A stretch of 64,000 nucleotides of DNA from a virus. Both the position numbers and the translations under genes were made by a program. Where the stretch lies: the IMG/VR virus record IMGVR_UViG_3300008113_000144, positions 1 through 64,000 of that record, one strand, 5' to 3'. Below are positions 9,401 to 18,945 of this stretch, piece by piece. The notes under the pieces were generated by a model. That model was not told the origin of the DNA and did no database searches. It worked only from the letters and a program-made list of their open reading frames with translations. Position 1 is the stretch's first letter. The number at the start of each line of letters is the position of its first letter.

Positions 9401-10627
9401 TAATGCCTGAGAACCAGGAATAGATACAGTTTCTCCTTGAACATATCCACTACCACCAGAATTTAAAGTTATATTTGATAGAGTTCCTCCAGCATCAACC
9501 ACAAAATTAACAGTTAAACCAACCCCAGTTGACGTAACATTTATGGGACTTGTTGGTTGATTTGTATATGTTCCTGGAGTGTAAACGCTACCAACACTAT
9601 CTACAGTAAAAGCAGAAACAACATTTTGAGGTCCTGCTACAATATCTACCGTAGCTCCATTACCAAATCCACCGCTTAAAGTTGTGGTTGATGTAGTGTA
9701 CCCAGAACCAACCGAAGTTAAACTAAGTTGATTGATTTCTCCAGCATTTATTACAGAAATTGAAACTGATGCTCCAGTTCCATTTCCTCCTGTAGGACTA
9801 TAAACTCCATCAAAATAATTAGACCCAGAAATTATATTTTCTACAGTTCCAATAATACCTCCCGTTGAGGCAACAATATCTAAAGTAAGACCAGAACCTA
9901 ATCCACCAGTAGTAGATACGTTCTGTGTAGTAACATATCCTTCTGTTCCATTTAAAAATCCAATCTGTTCAGGAACTCCATTTACTGAAGCAGTAATATC
10001 TACTGTTAGACCAGTTCCAGATCCGCCAGTTGTAGGTACATCTAAACCAGAAACATAAGTTTGTCCACCGTTTATTAAAGTTAACCCGACTACTCTTCCT
10101 GTGGGATCATTTGATATTTCTTGAGGAGCAACAGTTAGATCATCTCCAACTACATAGCTATATCCCCCATCCGTAATAACTACATCAGAAACCGAACCAT
10201 TAGAATCGACAGTAATAGTAGCTTTTGCTGCTGTGCCAGTTCCACCTAAAACATTTATGTTTGTGTAAACACCTTCAGCATATCCAGTTCCGCCACTAGT
10301 GATTGTTATATTTTGGGTTGATAAAGATCTTTTTTCTGTATATAAATTTTGAGCAAAATAAGATCCAGTAGGAGACAAAGATAAAACAGGCTTTCCTCCA
10401 CTAGCAAACCCTAATCTTTGAGCACCATCTTTATAAATTCCTAAAGTTACATCTGTTTCAAATGTAAACGATGGCGAAACCAAAGATCCATCAGCGTATT
10501 CTGTTTTGAGAACAGTAATACTCGATTCACCTGAAGTAAAATCATATACATCTTGAGCAATTAAATTAATTTTTTGCCTTTGAATTTCAAATGTGTCTGT
10601 TTTAGCAACGGATCTAAGAACTGCCAT
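6494..10627 (-). CDS. Tail fibre / baseplate-associated fibre protein
   Basis: N-terminal TDTFEIQRQKIN typical of cyanomyovirus fibres; Gly/Thr-rich GGxGY repeats; three GA(I/V)RFNT...EGY...WxSLGxVRDxDGNT repeats. Confidence 0.8.
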   Translation of the reverse strand: MAVLRSVAKTDTFEIQRQKINLIAQDVYDFTSGESSITVLKTEYADGSLVSPSFTFETDVTLGIYKDGAQRLGFASGGKPVLSLSPTGSYFAQNLYTEKRSLSTQNITITSGGTGYAEGVYTNINVLGGTGTAAKATITVDSNGSVSDVVITDGGYSYVVGDDLTVAPQEISNDPTGRVVGLTLINGGQTYVSGLDVPTTGGSGTGLTVDITASVNGVPEQIGFLNGTEGYVTTQNVSTTGGLGSGLTLDIVASTGGIIGTVENIISGSNYFDGVYSPTGGNGTGASVSISVINAGEINQLSLTSVGSGYTTSTTTLSGGFGNGATVDIVAGPQNVVSAFTVDSVGSVYTPGTYTNQPTSPINVTSTGVGLTVNFVVDAGGTLSNITLNSGGSGYVQGETVSIPGSQALDPETGLPAPDDARLSISSVTPGGAISSVIINSGGIEYQVNDILTIDGGTGGTVTVTSILGGSITGINIVNGGQNYQIGDVLTIPNGTGGQFTVSGVTGGEITSASINTPGSGYSINDLITIGNGTATVVVTDISGGNITNIQVNDPGTGYGVGDVITVSGVNNTPDQATYTIVDTSDGSGFSFTSTGISVTSPVKVEVLTGDVEAVSFTGQLGFIDDINSDFITTDNLTASTNISTPKLSASNILEFDVVNDINIGTNRVNIFDNSNTITLSIESSNGNITTNGEVKCLDGLNVNDITTIVDNTISSLLENPLILKPFPGKNIKIDSNRALIVPVGTQVQRPQLDAETGAIRFNTDTRQFEGYDGDTNVWSSLGSVRDTDGNTFLLAEATVGANDNIFYFYNNNSNTLKITTTDLVFESINSLVSTNGSLVVKNTSLSIDQNLTFSPNLIETRLSGLTIKPSTGTNVVVDAQTSLVIPTGSTGQRGSATTGAIRFNTSNQQFEGYGLNAWSSLGGVRDVDGNTYIIPELSAGSNENILYFYNNGVNTLQLDQDKLEFRSANTISSIDLVGVLKWEPATTYEQDDLVHNGTNVYKITTNLTSGGSGPTHTSGTTNNYEYIRTIYGNLTFTNINNVNINSVLNVNNKLKIINSDISSVTEDITITPFSGKLVKVNSTTSFVLPVGNNLNRGIAEAGAVRFNTATTQYEGYNGTAWTSLGGVRDVDGNTYIIPESSSGANENILYFYNDGDNTLRVTKTSLTFQTANTITSNNNILNINVDGVRYSSDTFGIDSTSSTITKLYSGKNNLDIGLKSGLTNDALLRLSATGDIYVNKTFTEGSYTGEKVLDRTLTYFGLANAVLETNKFTLVKDTTNFNSYVLYDPNLASACKLTIIAVDLSTYEKHMVDYNIIANGANIYNIEYESLLSGNLLYDATFDFDSNGDVRLTTTLDSSVSSGSSIEFTILKTFIR

Positions 10628-10811
10628 TTCTTATTATCTCTCTAAGAAGCTTTTTGATTTCAGATATTTCTTCCTTCAAAGTATTTATGTCATCTCTCAT
10701 CCCATTAAATTCAGTCGATAGTCTTTTTGTGGGGCGATCTTTACTTATAATCGCCCCCGTTGACATATCTCTAACTAAATTTGGATGACCTTCTACTGGA
10801 ATATATTTCAT
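10614..10811 (-). CDS. Small conserved cyanophage protein with C-terminal coiled coil
   Basis: VEGHPNLVRDMSTGAII followed by a heptad-like tail; overlaps both neighbouring genes. Confidence 0.8.
   Translation of the reverse strand: MKYIPVEGHPNLVRDMSTGAIISKDRPTKRLSTEFNGMRDDINTLKEEISEIKKLLREIIRNGSS
10682..10688 (-). promoter_or_regulatory. Late promoter (ATAAATA)
   Basis: Motif 55 nt upstream of the fibre gene start at 10627. Confidence 0.6.
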
Positions 10812-13800
10812 CAGAATGAAGCGACAGCACGTAGATCCTGAATTTTTGGAACATATGCTGGATCATCAGTCTTCATGATAATCTTAATAGCAAATGAGGT
10901 AAATTCAGATAAATTAGAAGCACTATATGTGAATTCTTGATAATATGATTGCTTTTCAAACTGACCAGAAATAGAATTAGAAGCAGATGCTAAATCATCA
11001 TTGTCTGGATTACCATCAACATTAAAGAAGTTCCAATTAATATCATCAAAATTGGTTTGAGCTGAAGTCTCTTTAATCTTATAAAGAACCTTGACATTTT
11101 CAACATCCTTTAGATTAATAGTTAATCTAACATCAATAGAAGTTCCTGGAGAATTAATAGAAACTTCTTTTGTAACGTACTTAGCTACAGAAGAGCTATT
11201 TTTGGCATCAGTCTCTTTAACATAATCAACGCCCGTAGTAAATTCCATTGAAGCAACTTCTACATATTTTCCATCGGTAGACTTTAAAATATCTCCGACT
11301 CTAAAAATATCTGGGGATTGATTTGCTGGATCATCTTGACGTACAAAAGCACTGTCTTTAGTAATTTTACTCATATAATCATTATTAATTGGAGCATATG
11401 AATTTTCAACAATCATTTCTTTATCTTTAGAATCCCAAACAATAACTCTTCCGTTAATTTTATTGGAATAATCAATATTGACATTTTGTGGATAATAAGA
11501 AACAACATTTGAATTTTCACTAAAACTAAATTCTAATTCAGAAATTGATGAAATAGTAATGCTGATAGTATCGATAATAATACCATCAGAACCAATTAGT
11601 GTAGCTCCTTCATTTTGAATAAATGGAGTTTTCGATTTTAATCTTACTAAAGCTACACTATTTGTTATTTGAACAATAGTAGCTTCTGCTTTAGATGTGT
11701 TGCCAACTAAAGTTTGATTTTGACCGATTACACCAGATGAGCCAACAACATTTAGGGATAAGTTATACAATGGCAAGAAGCGAAGAATTTGATTTCTCTT
11801 ACCATAACGATTTTCATAACCAGTTGAATTTTCTACACGAGAAGATTGTGTTTTGACAGAGGCATATCTTAAATCAATTACAGGGCTTAAGTTGGCATTA
11901 GTTGAAGATAATACAAATTTGTATGTGAGAGATCTGTCAATTTGATTTAATGTCTCGTTGATTCTTGATGAAATAACTTTTTGATTTGTGAAGAATTGCT
12001 CTTCATTGATAAAAGTTTTTTCAAAATCAGTTTGTGAATATGAAACATAGTTTGTTGTTCTAGAATCAACTGGAACAATATTAGTTGTTTTTACGAAAGA
12101 ATCTACCGAAGTTCCATCTAATTTTAAAAATGCTACTTGAGCATAAAGTTTTTCAAACTTTCTATTATATGAGGCGAGAACTTTATTTCCTCCACCAAGA
12201 ATGCTGGAACCAGCTCTATTTGGTCCAACAATATTATATGTGTCAATACCAGAGTTGGTAATTTTAAATAATCCACTGTTTAAGCTTACAGAAGAAATTC
12301 CTCCAACATCTTCACAGTTTTTGAAGAATACAAAAGAATCTCCATTATCTTCAAAACCATGATCTCTGTGAGTAACTTTAATAATCGAATTATTATTTTT
12401 GAATAATGAAGATGTAGCATTTGTTGCTGATCTTACACTAGTCTCAAATGGAGATGGATCTAGTAATTCATAACCTAAGTCTTGGTTTGAAACTAAAAGC
12501 TCAGCATTTCTTGAGATACTAAATTCTGCTTTATATAAATTAAATTTAATATCTTCAAATAAATCTTCTGTCCAGTTATCAGTATTTTGTGACTTATAAA
12601 CAGAACCAAGTAAAGGTTGTGAAGAAACTACATTGCTTGTGGAAATTTCAGTTTCACCGAGTTTAGAAGCCCACAATTCATATTCTATAGAATCAGTTTC
12701 AATATTTAAAGCATACTCAGTATTATTTTGTAGATAAACTGGGTACTTGAAATTAAATCTTGTAGGAACCGTAGATGGAGTGACACCATCTCTATCGATC
12801 GCCACGCCCATAGAAACAGCTGGAGTATCAATCTCAATAACTGATTCAATAACAGCACCACCAGAGCCAGTGCCAACTCCTCTAATAACAACAGAAGGAG
12901 CTTCAGTGTATCCTCTTCCATTTAAGGACAAGTTTGTATTATAAATTTTCCCGTCAGAAACATCAACAGTACCAGTAGCTGTGCTGCCGCCAGGAAGTTG
13001 AGGACTTTCAATAATAATTGTGGCACTGGTATAGTTTTCTCCTACATTAGTTACCTTCAAATCAACAACTTTACCAGAATCTTTAGCAATAAAGATTGCT
13101 ACATTGGTATTATTTCTAGCATTGTAATCTTTTACGGAAGGAATAACAAGCTGTTCATTTTGTACGAATGAAACACCGTTGTGATTTTCTAGAACAAGAG
13201 TATATACTTGCTCTTTGTTTAATTCAAAAGTTGTGGAAGTTTCGTCACCAATTTGAATGTTATTTTTGTCAAAAACTTTTAAAATTGGACCACTAGCATT
13301 AGAATTTTTTCCAGTTACAAATTCCGACTTGCTGATAGAAATTGTCTCTGTATCGCCAGTTACATATATTTTTAATAGTGTTTCTGGTCTCAAAGTACAC
13401 TCTGCTCCAGGTACTACAAACTTTCCTGGCTTACCAACATCAATGTTAGTTAAATATGCTCTTATAGGAATGGAAGAACTCTTCTTAGCAAAATAAAGAT
13501 CTACCCCAGTAACAAAAACACCACCTTGATAGTTTTCAATTTTGAAAGTTTGAGCCAATGGATTTGGTTTAATTTCTAGATCAGTATTGCTATTGACAAG
13601 TTGAACACCTTCATTAGCTTTGAAGAATGCTGTTTCTGTTGAAACAATAGAAGGAGGATTTTGTGGAATTATGCCAGTAGCATAGAATTTAACATCAGCA
13701 TAAGTATCTACATTTTCTTTAATATCGTTAGTAGAACTTGAGGTGAATCTAATTGTTTTAGCACCACTAGTGAATCTAACTTCCTCAGAATTTTCATCAT

Positions 13801-16800
13801 ATGAAACGGTATCAGGATTTCCAGTCCAACGGCTATTCTCTGTTGGAGCTTTGCCAGCTGGAATAAGAATGATACCACTCAAATTACCATTTGAATCAGT
13901 AACTAAAGGAGAATTAAATGTCGATAAAGAGTTTGCTGGAACACCAGTAAATCTAGTATCAGGAACAACCCATCTACCAATATCTCTATTGTCCATAAAC
14001 ACAAATACTTTAGTATTTGGTTTTAGTCTATTGATTACAAATTTAACTGGAATCGATCTGGCAAAGAATTGTAACTCTGTTGAAACATTTAATTCATTTA
14101 CTGATTTTGTGTTAACACCTTTCGCCAGTTCATTATTTTGTGGACTAACGTTAGAAGAGCTAGCAACTAAAGCATTAGTAACAGAAGATTGAATTTCTTC
14201 ACTGTTAATGTTAGCAAGAGATTCAATATTGTAGAAAGATCTATTAGTTCCTGTCCAGTTTACAATGAAAGAATTATGTAAGCTAGCAAAAGATTCTTTA
14301 ACATCATCCTTAGCTAAGAAGATAGTATTTAATTTTGTGTTTGTGTCATTAACTAAAGGAGCAACAGTAGTATCATACCATTGGTCTATTGTGGGACTTA
14401 GTGATCCTTCACCAACATATTGAATAACTACAAATGGATTTGGATTTAAAGTTTTTGTAGCATTATCATTGCCCAAGAACTTCAAGCTTTTGAATGGAAG
14501 AGTAATTACTCCATTATTATTAACATAACCAGCAACGCTTCTTTGATCTTCTCTGGTATTAACTTCAACTAAAGTAAACGAATCTTCTTTTGTTTGTGGT
14601 CTTAATACGGCTTGCTGAGAATCAATAGCACACTTATAATCGATAGAAGCTAAATTGCCAATCCTATGAGCTTCAAAATTATCTACGATAAATCCACTCT
14701 TGAATCTATCAAGACCGATTTCGTCCTTGACTTGCATGTTTAATGCTTGCTGCTCAAGAATACTTAGAGTAGTGTAATATTCTAGTCTTTCAATTCTCTT
14801 TTCAAGCTTACCAATGTCCTTCATTGTGTAACGCTTGTTATTTACAGGAATAATTCTTACGTCTTTGCTGTTGTTTGTGTACGCTGGAATGTGTAAATAA
14901 CATAAAGCAATAGCATCATCAACAGGATCTGGTTTAGATGGGTTCTGTGATGAGTTACCTTCCTTGACAATAAAATCACCTTTCTTAGTTAAGAATACTC
15001 CATCAATACGATCTAGGTACTGAGTTTCTGTAAATGAGACAGTATATTCTAAATTGGAATCTGAGGCAGGAGTTAGAGAAGTAACTCCACCAGAACCAAC
15101 AAAGTTTACATAATCTCTACCATTTGGATTAGCTAAAATAGAAATGTCTTGGAAGCCAGTAACTGTAGTTTCGCTATCTACCTTTGGTCTAAAATCAATA
15201 GCATCTTTGAGAGAAATAACTCCATTAACTGATGAGTTAAACAAAGGTATCTCATCTACAGTAACGCCAGCTTCGTGAAGATAAGAATCAACTGTACAGA
15301 AATCTCCTTGAGAATGTTCAAAATAATCAAAAGCAACTACTAGTTGTCCTGATGGTGGATCAAATCCAGGCTTTAATACTATTCTTGAAACATCATAGAA
15401 AGTATCACGTTGACCGTCATCAAAAGTAAACTTATAGGTAATGTCAGTACCGCTGACTAAATTACCGTTAGCATCTACGTTAGGTGGATTAGTAGTTGTT
15501 CCTTCATAAACATATCTTAATCTATAAGCATCTGAATACGAGAATGTTTCGATAGTTTCTCCATCATAATCTTGACCACGTAGAGGGATAACTCTATCTC
15601 CACTGGAGATTACAACAATTCTCTTATTTTTGATAGATGTCTTTAATCTAGGTCTTGCTTTATCAATTTCGATGGTAGCAGTTAGCTTTAATTTAGGGAA
15701 CGTGCCGCCTAAAGGAATATCACCGAAATAATTTGTTGGTAAGTTGATTAAAAATGCTCCAGCAGATACTTGATTAGCAGTAATTTCTGACTGAATAATA
15801 GTTACGTTGTCTGGAGAAATATAAACAATATCACCATTATTGACTGTTGTAGAAGATCCTTTATCTAATACAGTTAAAATATAATTGTTTTCACTAAAGC
15901 TTACAAATCTTTGAGTACCAACTGGGAGTTGAGCAGTAAATGTAATATTTCCACCACTTGAAGACAGATCAGTGATAAAATCTTTTCTTACATAATACTT
16001 GAATTTGGTATCACTAGTATCCTTAATTAACGAACCAACTTGCTTAGATCCTGTTGGGAAAACTAAAGTAGAGCTGTTAGCATTTTGAATGTTTGGTCTT
16101 AATCTAATAATAGAAGCATTACTAATATCATCAGGTAAAGCATAATCCAAATAAATTCTCGATTTAATAATTCCCTCTGGATCAGTAACTGATTGTACAA
16201 TGTTTCTAATAACGTTATTGTTGACATCAGTAAATTGAATTAGATCGCCTTGAACTAAATCTTTAGATAGATTAGCTCCAAAACCATTACATTCAACATA
16301 CTTTCTTCCTCTGTAACCAAAGAAAGTAAAATCAGTTACCTGTGAGTAAGTAGAATACTCTGTACTTGATACATCAATATCAGCAGTAAACTTGTAGTTA
16401 TTATAAGTCGATGAGAAAGACTTGATGTTTTGTGGAGTATATGTTAATACAGAATTTTTATTTAATACAGGAACAACTGTAGCAGCATTTGTTGAAATAG
16501 ATGGAGCTGGTGTAACTGTTACTGTGGGAGGAGAAGAATAAACGGAAGACAATCCGTTTCTATCAACAATAGAAACTGAATATAATGTTCCTCCATACTC
16601 TTTTACTGATACTTTAGACTGATCAATTTCTTGACCATTGACTACAATTTTAGAAGTAGAAGGATATGAGTTTCCTCCATTTGTAACAATGAAATGAGAA
16701 ATGGTATTATCTTTAGCAATCTTGATGGCATTTCCATCTTCATCTAAAATTGTTTCTCCAGAAACAAATGTTCCAGATAAAGTGGTTACGAATAAAGTGT

Positions 16801-18886
16801 TTCCAAATGTATAATTTCCTGTTGTGTCCGATTCAATAACTCCATAAGCTCCACTTGTTCTTCCTATAATATACTTACCAGTGGTAAATCCTGTATCTAT
16901 AGGAGTATCTGTTTTAATTCTTGTGAAGAATACTGGATTAAAATAAGAGAAATTAAATGTGGCATCATAAGGTCTAGTGTTAGAACCAGTTCTTCCCTTT
17001 GAAATAACAATGTCAGTATCTTCATTAAATCCAGAAGCTCTTTTAATTAGTGAAAAATCTTTTGGCTTAGCGATACCAATTACGGGTGTAATAGTTTCAT
17101 TGTAGTCAACTACAATGCCGTAAATTGAATTACTAGAATTAGATAATGCTTCTACTTCAGATAGATATACGTATCTCTTCTTTGCTGCTCCGCCTTCATC
17201 ATACTCAATCAAATAAGTATCCAGTAAAGATTTTTTACCAACTACAGTAAATTCAATATAAAATTGACCACTAGATTCAGAAACTTCAGGTCTTCTTACT
17301 ACAGAATGACCGATAACATCGGCAAAATCTACGGTTGATGCTAGACCACCACTTCTAGTTTTAACAAACCACAATTTGGTTGGGAAATCTGTTTCTAGAG
17401 TAGGTAGTTCTCCAGTTACTTGAACGTAGATAGTTTTGATGCCATCACTTAATGTGAATGGTGTTGATCTTCTATTTTTTGTCTGCTTAAAGTATAGAGA
17501 AGATTCTTCATTGTTTAATCCAATAGTTCCATCATTAAATACAGAATTTAGTAAAATATTTGGGGATGATGTAATTTCATCACCAATAGTATTCAATGGA
17601 ACTGTACCATATAAGTTGGTAATTTTAAACTGAGATAATCCCTTAGTTTTGATAGTTACATTATCTTTTACTAGAGTATCTCTAGCTTTATTGATTGTAA
17701 TATTTTTAGTTTCTTTGTTAACAATCTCAAAGCCTTTGACATAAGCTTTGCCAGGACCAACACCTAAAATCATCTTGGCAGCAGCTTCTGCTGGCTCTAG
17801 ACCATTTACTGTGTTGCTATTTGTATCTAAACGGTAAATACCGTTATTACCAGATTTTTGATAGTATTCTCTTACATCAAAAGAAAAATTATCAACTACA
17901 TAATCACCAGATTCGTCATATGTTCTTCTGGCAAGAGTTTCTTCTAGTAATGTATAATCAGCAGGCTTGATTTGTCTTTCAACTACGCCAGAATTGATCT
18001 GTAGTAATTGAATGAAGTTTTTATCTGTTTGTGCTAAGTAATCAAACTTTTGAAGTTCTAAATCAATCTTTAATCTATGTGCTCCAGGTGATGAGAAATT
18101 TGAATATCCTCTAGAGTTGTCATACAAAGAAGCATCTTCTTCTGGAGTTACGATAGATTCTTTAATAACAAAACCTACTTTTGCTGATGGCTTGTCGTAG
18201 TATTTGTCAATAACTAAAATTTGAGATTTATTTTGTACGAAGTATCCGTTGACAAAATAAATTCCTTCTTTTACTTCTACAGCAGAAGCAAAGCCCATAG
18301 CAGGACTTTGTAAGCTGGTTGTTTCTTCTGTAACTGGATTAGTTACAAAAATACTAGTTGGGAGAACACTGCCATCGGTTCCCACAACTAGTAAAGGAGT
18401 ATTTACGCCACCAATAACTTCTAAAGTTTCGCCTTGTCTAAAAGTATTTTCGTTATTGGAATCGCCACTTGTTAAGTAGTTTACAAAAATTGTATCAGAT
18501 TCAATTTCTGTTCCATAATCAGCTTCAATTACAGAGGCAACAACACCAGAGTTAATACCTCTTAGTTGTGATCCAATAAGTTGTTTAATGTCATACTTTT
18601 TATATACGATATTGCCGTTTTCGTTTACAGCAACTTCTGACACAGAAGACAACTTAACATAATTTAACTTGTTATTTAATCCTACTTCACCAGGAATTAC
18701 TAATTCTCCTTGCTTAAATTGGAACTTACCATAGTTCTCAATTTGTCCTTGAAGAATAGACTGGAGGGAGGTTAACTCCCTCGTCTGTATTGAATACCCA
18801 GGTCTGAAAAGAACTTTATAAAAGTTCTTTGAAGGATCAAAATCATCATAATATGGCGCTACATTAAGATTTGTCTTCTGTGGCAT
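10811..18886 (-). CDS. VrlC-like / DUF4815 large virion (baseplate-associated) protein
   Basis: MPQKTNLNVAPYYDDFD...KVLFRPG...QTRELTSLQSILQ, LARRTYDESGDY, LEYYTTLSILE, DRFKSGFIVDNF, PLAQTF and terminal PKIQDLRAVA; follows gp8 as in cyanomyoviruses. Confidence 0.9.
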   Translation of the reverse strand: MPQKTNLNVAPYYDDFDPSKNFYKVLFRPGYSIQTRELTSLQSILQGQIENYGKFQFKQGELVIPGEVGLNNKLNYVKLSSVSEVAVNENGNIVYKKYDIKQLIGSQLRGINSGVVASVIEADYGTEIESDTIFVNYLTSGDSNNENTFRQGETLEVIGGVNTPLLVVGTDGSVLPTSIFVTNPVTEETTSLQSPAMGFASAVEVKEGIYFVNGYFVQNKSQILVIDKYYDKPSAKVGFVIKESIVTPEEDASLYDNSRGYSNFSSPGAHRLKIDLELQKFDYLAQTDKNFIQLLQINSGVVERQIKPADYTLLEETLARRTYDESGDYVVDNFSFDVREYYQKSGNNGIYRLDTNSNTVNGLEPAEAAAKMILGVGPGKAYVKGFEIVNKETKNITINKARDTLVKDNVTIKTKGLSQFKITNLYGTVPLNTIGDEITSSPNILLNSVFNDGTIGLNNEESSLYFKQTKNRRSTPFTLSDGIKTIYVQVTGELPTLETDFPTKLWFVKTRSGGLASTVDFADVIGHSVVRRPEVSESSGQFYIEFTVVGKKSLLDTYLIEYDEGGAAKKRYVYLSEVEALSNSSNSIYGIVVDYNETITPVIGIAKPKDFSLIKRASGFNEDTDIVISKGRTGSNTRPYDATFNFSYFNPVFFTRIKTDTPIDTGFTTGKYIIGRTSGAYGVIESDTTGNYTFGNTLFVTTLSGTFVSGETILDEDGNAIKIAKDNTISHFIVTNGGNSYPSTSKIVVNGQEIDQSKVSVKEYGGTLYSVSIVDRNGLSSVYSSPPTVTVTPAPSISTNAATVVPVLNKNSVLTYTPQNIKSFSSTYNNYKFTADIDVSSTEYSTYSQVTDFTFFGYRGRKYVECNGFGANLSKDLVQGDLIQFTDVNNNVIRNIVQSVTDPEGIIKSRIYLDYALPDDISNASIIRLRPNIQNANSSTLVFPTGSKQVGSLIKDTSDTKFKYYVRKDFITDLSSSGGNITFTAQLPVGTQRFVSFSENNYILTVLDKGSSTTVNNGDIVYISPDNVTIIQSEITANQVSAGAFLINLPTNYFGDIPLGGTFPKLKLTATIEIDKARPRLKTSIKNKRIVVISSGDRVIPLRGQDYDGETIETFSYSDAYRLRYVYEGTTTNPPNVDANGNLVSGTDITYKFTFDDGQRDTFYDVSRIVLKPGFDPPSGQLVVAFDYFEHSQGDFCTVDSYLHEAGVTVDEIPLFNSSVNGVISLKDAIDFRPKVDSETTVTGFQDISILANPNGRDYVNFVGSGGVTSLTPASDSNLEYTVSFTETQYLDRIDGVFLTKKGDFIVKEGNSSQNPSKPDPVDDAIALCYLHIPAYTNNSKDVRIIPVNNKRYTMKDIGKLEKRIERLEYYTTLSILEQQALNMQVKDEIGLDRFKSGFIVDNFEAHRIGNLASIDYKCAIDSQQAVLRPQTKEDSFTLVEVNTREDQRSVAGYVNNNGVITLPFKSLKFLGNDNATKTLNPNPFVVIQYVGEGSLSPTIDQWYDTTVAPLVNDTNTKLNTIFLAKDDVKESFASLHNSFIVNWTGTNRSFYNIESLANINSEEIQSSVTNALVASSSNVSPQNNELAKGVNTKSVNELNVSTELQFFARSIPVKFVINRLKPNTKVFVFMDNRDIGRWVVPDTRFTGVPANSLSTFNSPLVTDSNGNLSGIILIPAGKAPTENSRWTGNPDTVSYDENSEEVRFTSGAKTIRFTSSSTNDIKENVDTYADVKFYATGIIPQNPPSIVSTETAFFKANEGVQLVNSNTDLEIKPNPLAQTFKIENYQGGVFVTGVDLYFAKKSSSIPIRAYLTNIDVGKPGKFVVPGAECTLRPETLLKIYVTGDTETISISKSEFVTGKNSNASGPILKVFDKNNIQIGDETSTTFELNKEQVYTLVLENHNGVSFVQNEQLVIPSVKDYNARNNTNVAIFIAKDSGKVVDLKVTNVGENYTSATIIIESPQLPGGSTATGTVDVSDGKIYNTNLSLNGRGYTEAPSVVIRGVGTGSGGAVIESVIEIDTPAVSMGVAIDRDGVTPSTVPTRFNFKYPVYLQNNTEYALNIETDSIEYELWASKLGETEISTSNVVSSQPLLGSVYKSQNTDNWTEDLFEDIKFNLYKAEFSISRNAELLVSNQDLGYELLDPSPFETSVRSATNATSSLFKNNNSIIKVTHRDHGFEDNGDSFVFFKNCEDVGGISSVSLNSGLFKITNSGIDTYNIVGPNRAGSSILGGGNKVLASYNRKFEKLYAQVAFLKLDGTSVDSFVKTTNIVPVDSRTTNYVSYSQTDFEKTFINEEQFFTNQKVISSRINETLNQIDRSLTYKFVLSSTNANLSPVIDLRYASVKTQSSRVENSTGYENRYGKRNQILRFLPLYNLSLNVVGSSGVIGQNQTLVGNTSKAEATIVQITNSVALVRLKSKTPFIQNEGATLIGSDGIIIDTISITISSISELEFSFSENSNVVSYYPQNVNIDYSNKINGRVIVWDSKDKEMIVENSYAPINNDYMSKITKDSAFVRQDDPANQSPDIFRVGDILKSTDGKYVEVASMEFTTGVDYVKETDAKNSSSVAKYVTKEVSINSPGTSIDVRLTINLKDVENVKVLYKIKETSAQTNFDDINWNFFNVDGNPDNDDLASASNSISGQFEKQSYYQEFTYSASNLSEFTSFAIKIIMKTDDPAYVPKIQDLRAVASF

Positions 18887-18920
18887 TTTACCCCGACATT
18901 ATACTAGTATCTCGTAGTAT

Positions 18921-18927
18921 TATTTAG
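18921..18927 (-). promoter_or_regulatory. Late promoter (CTAAATA)
   Basis: Intergenic, upstream of the start at 18886. Confidence 0.6.
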
Positions 18928-18945
18928 AAGGGTAAAATGTATAAA

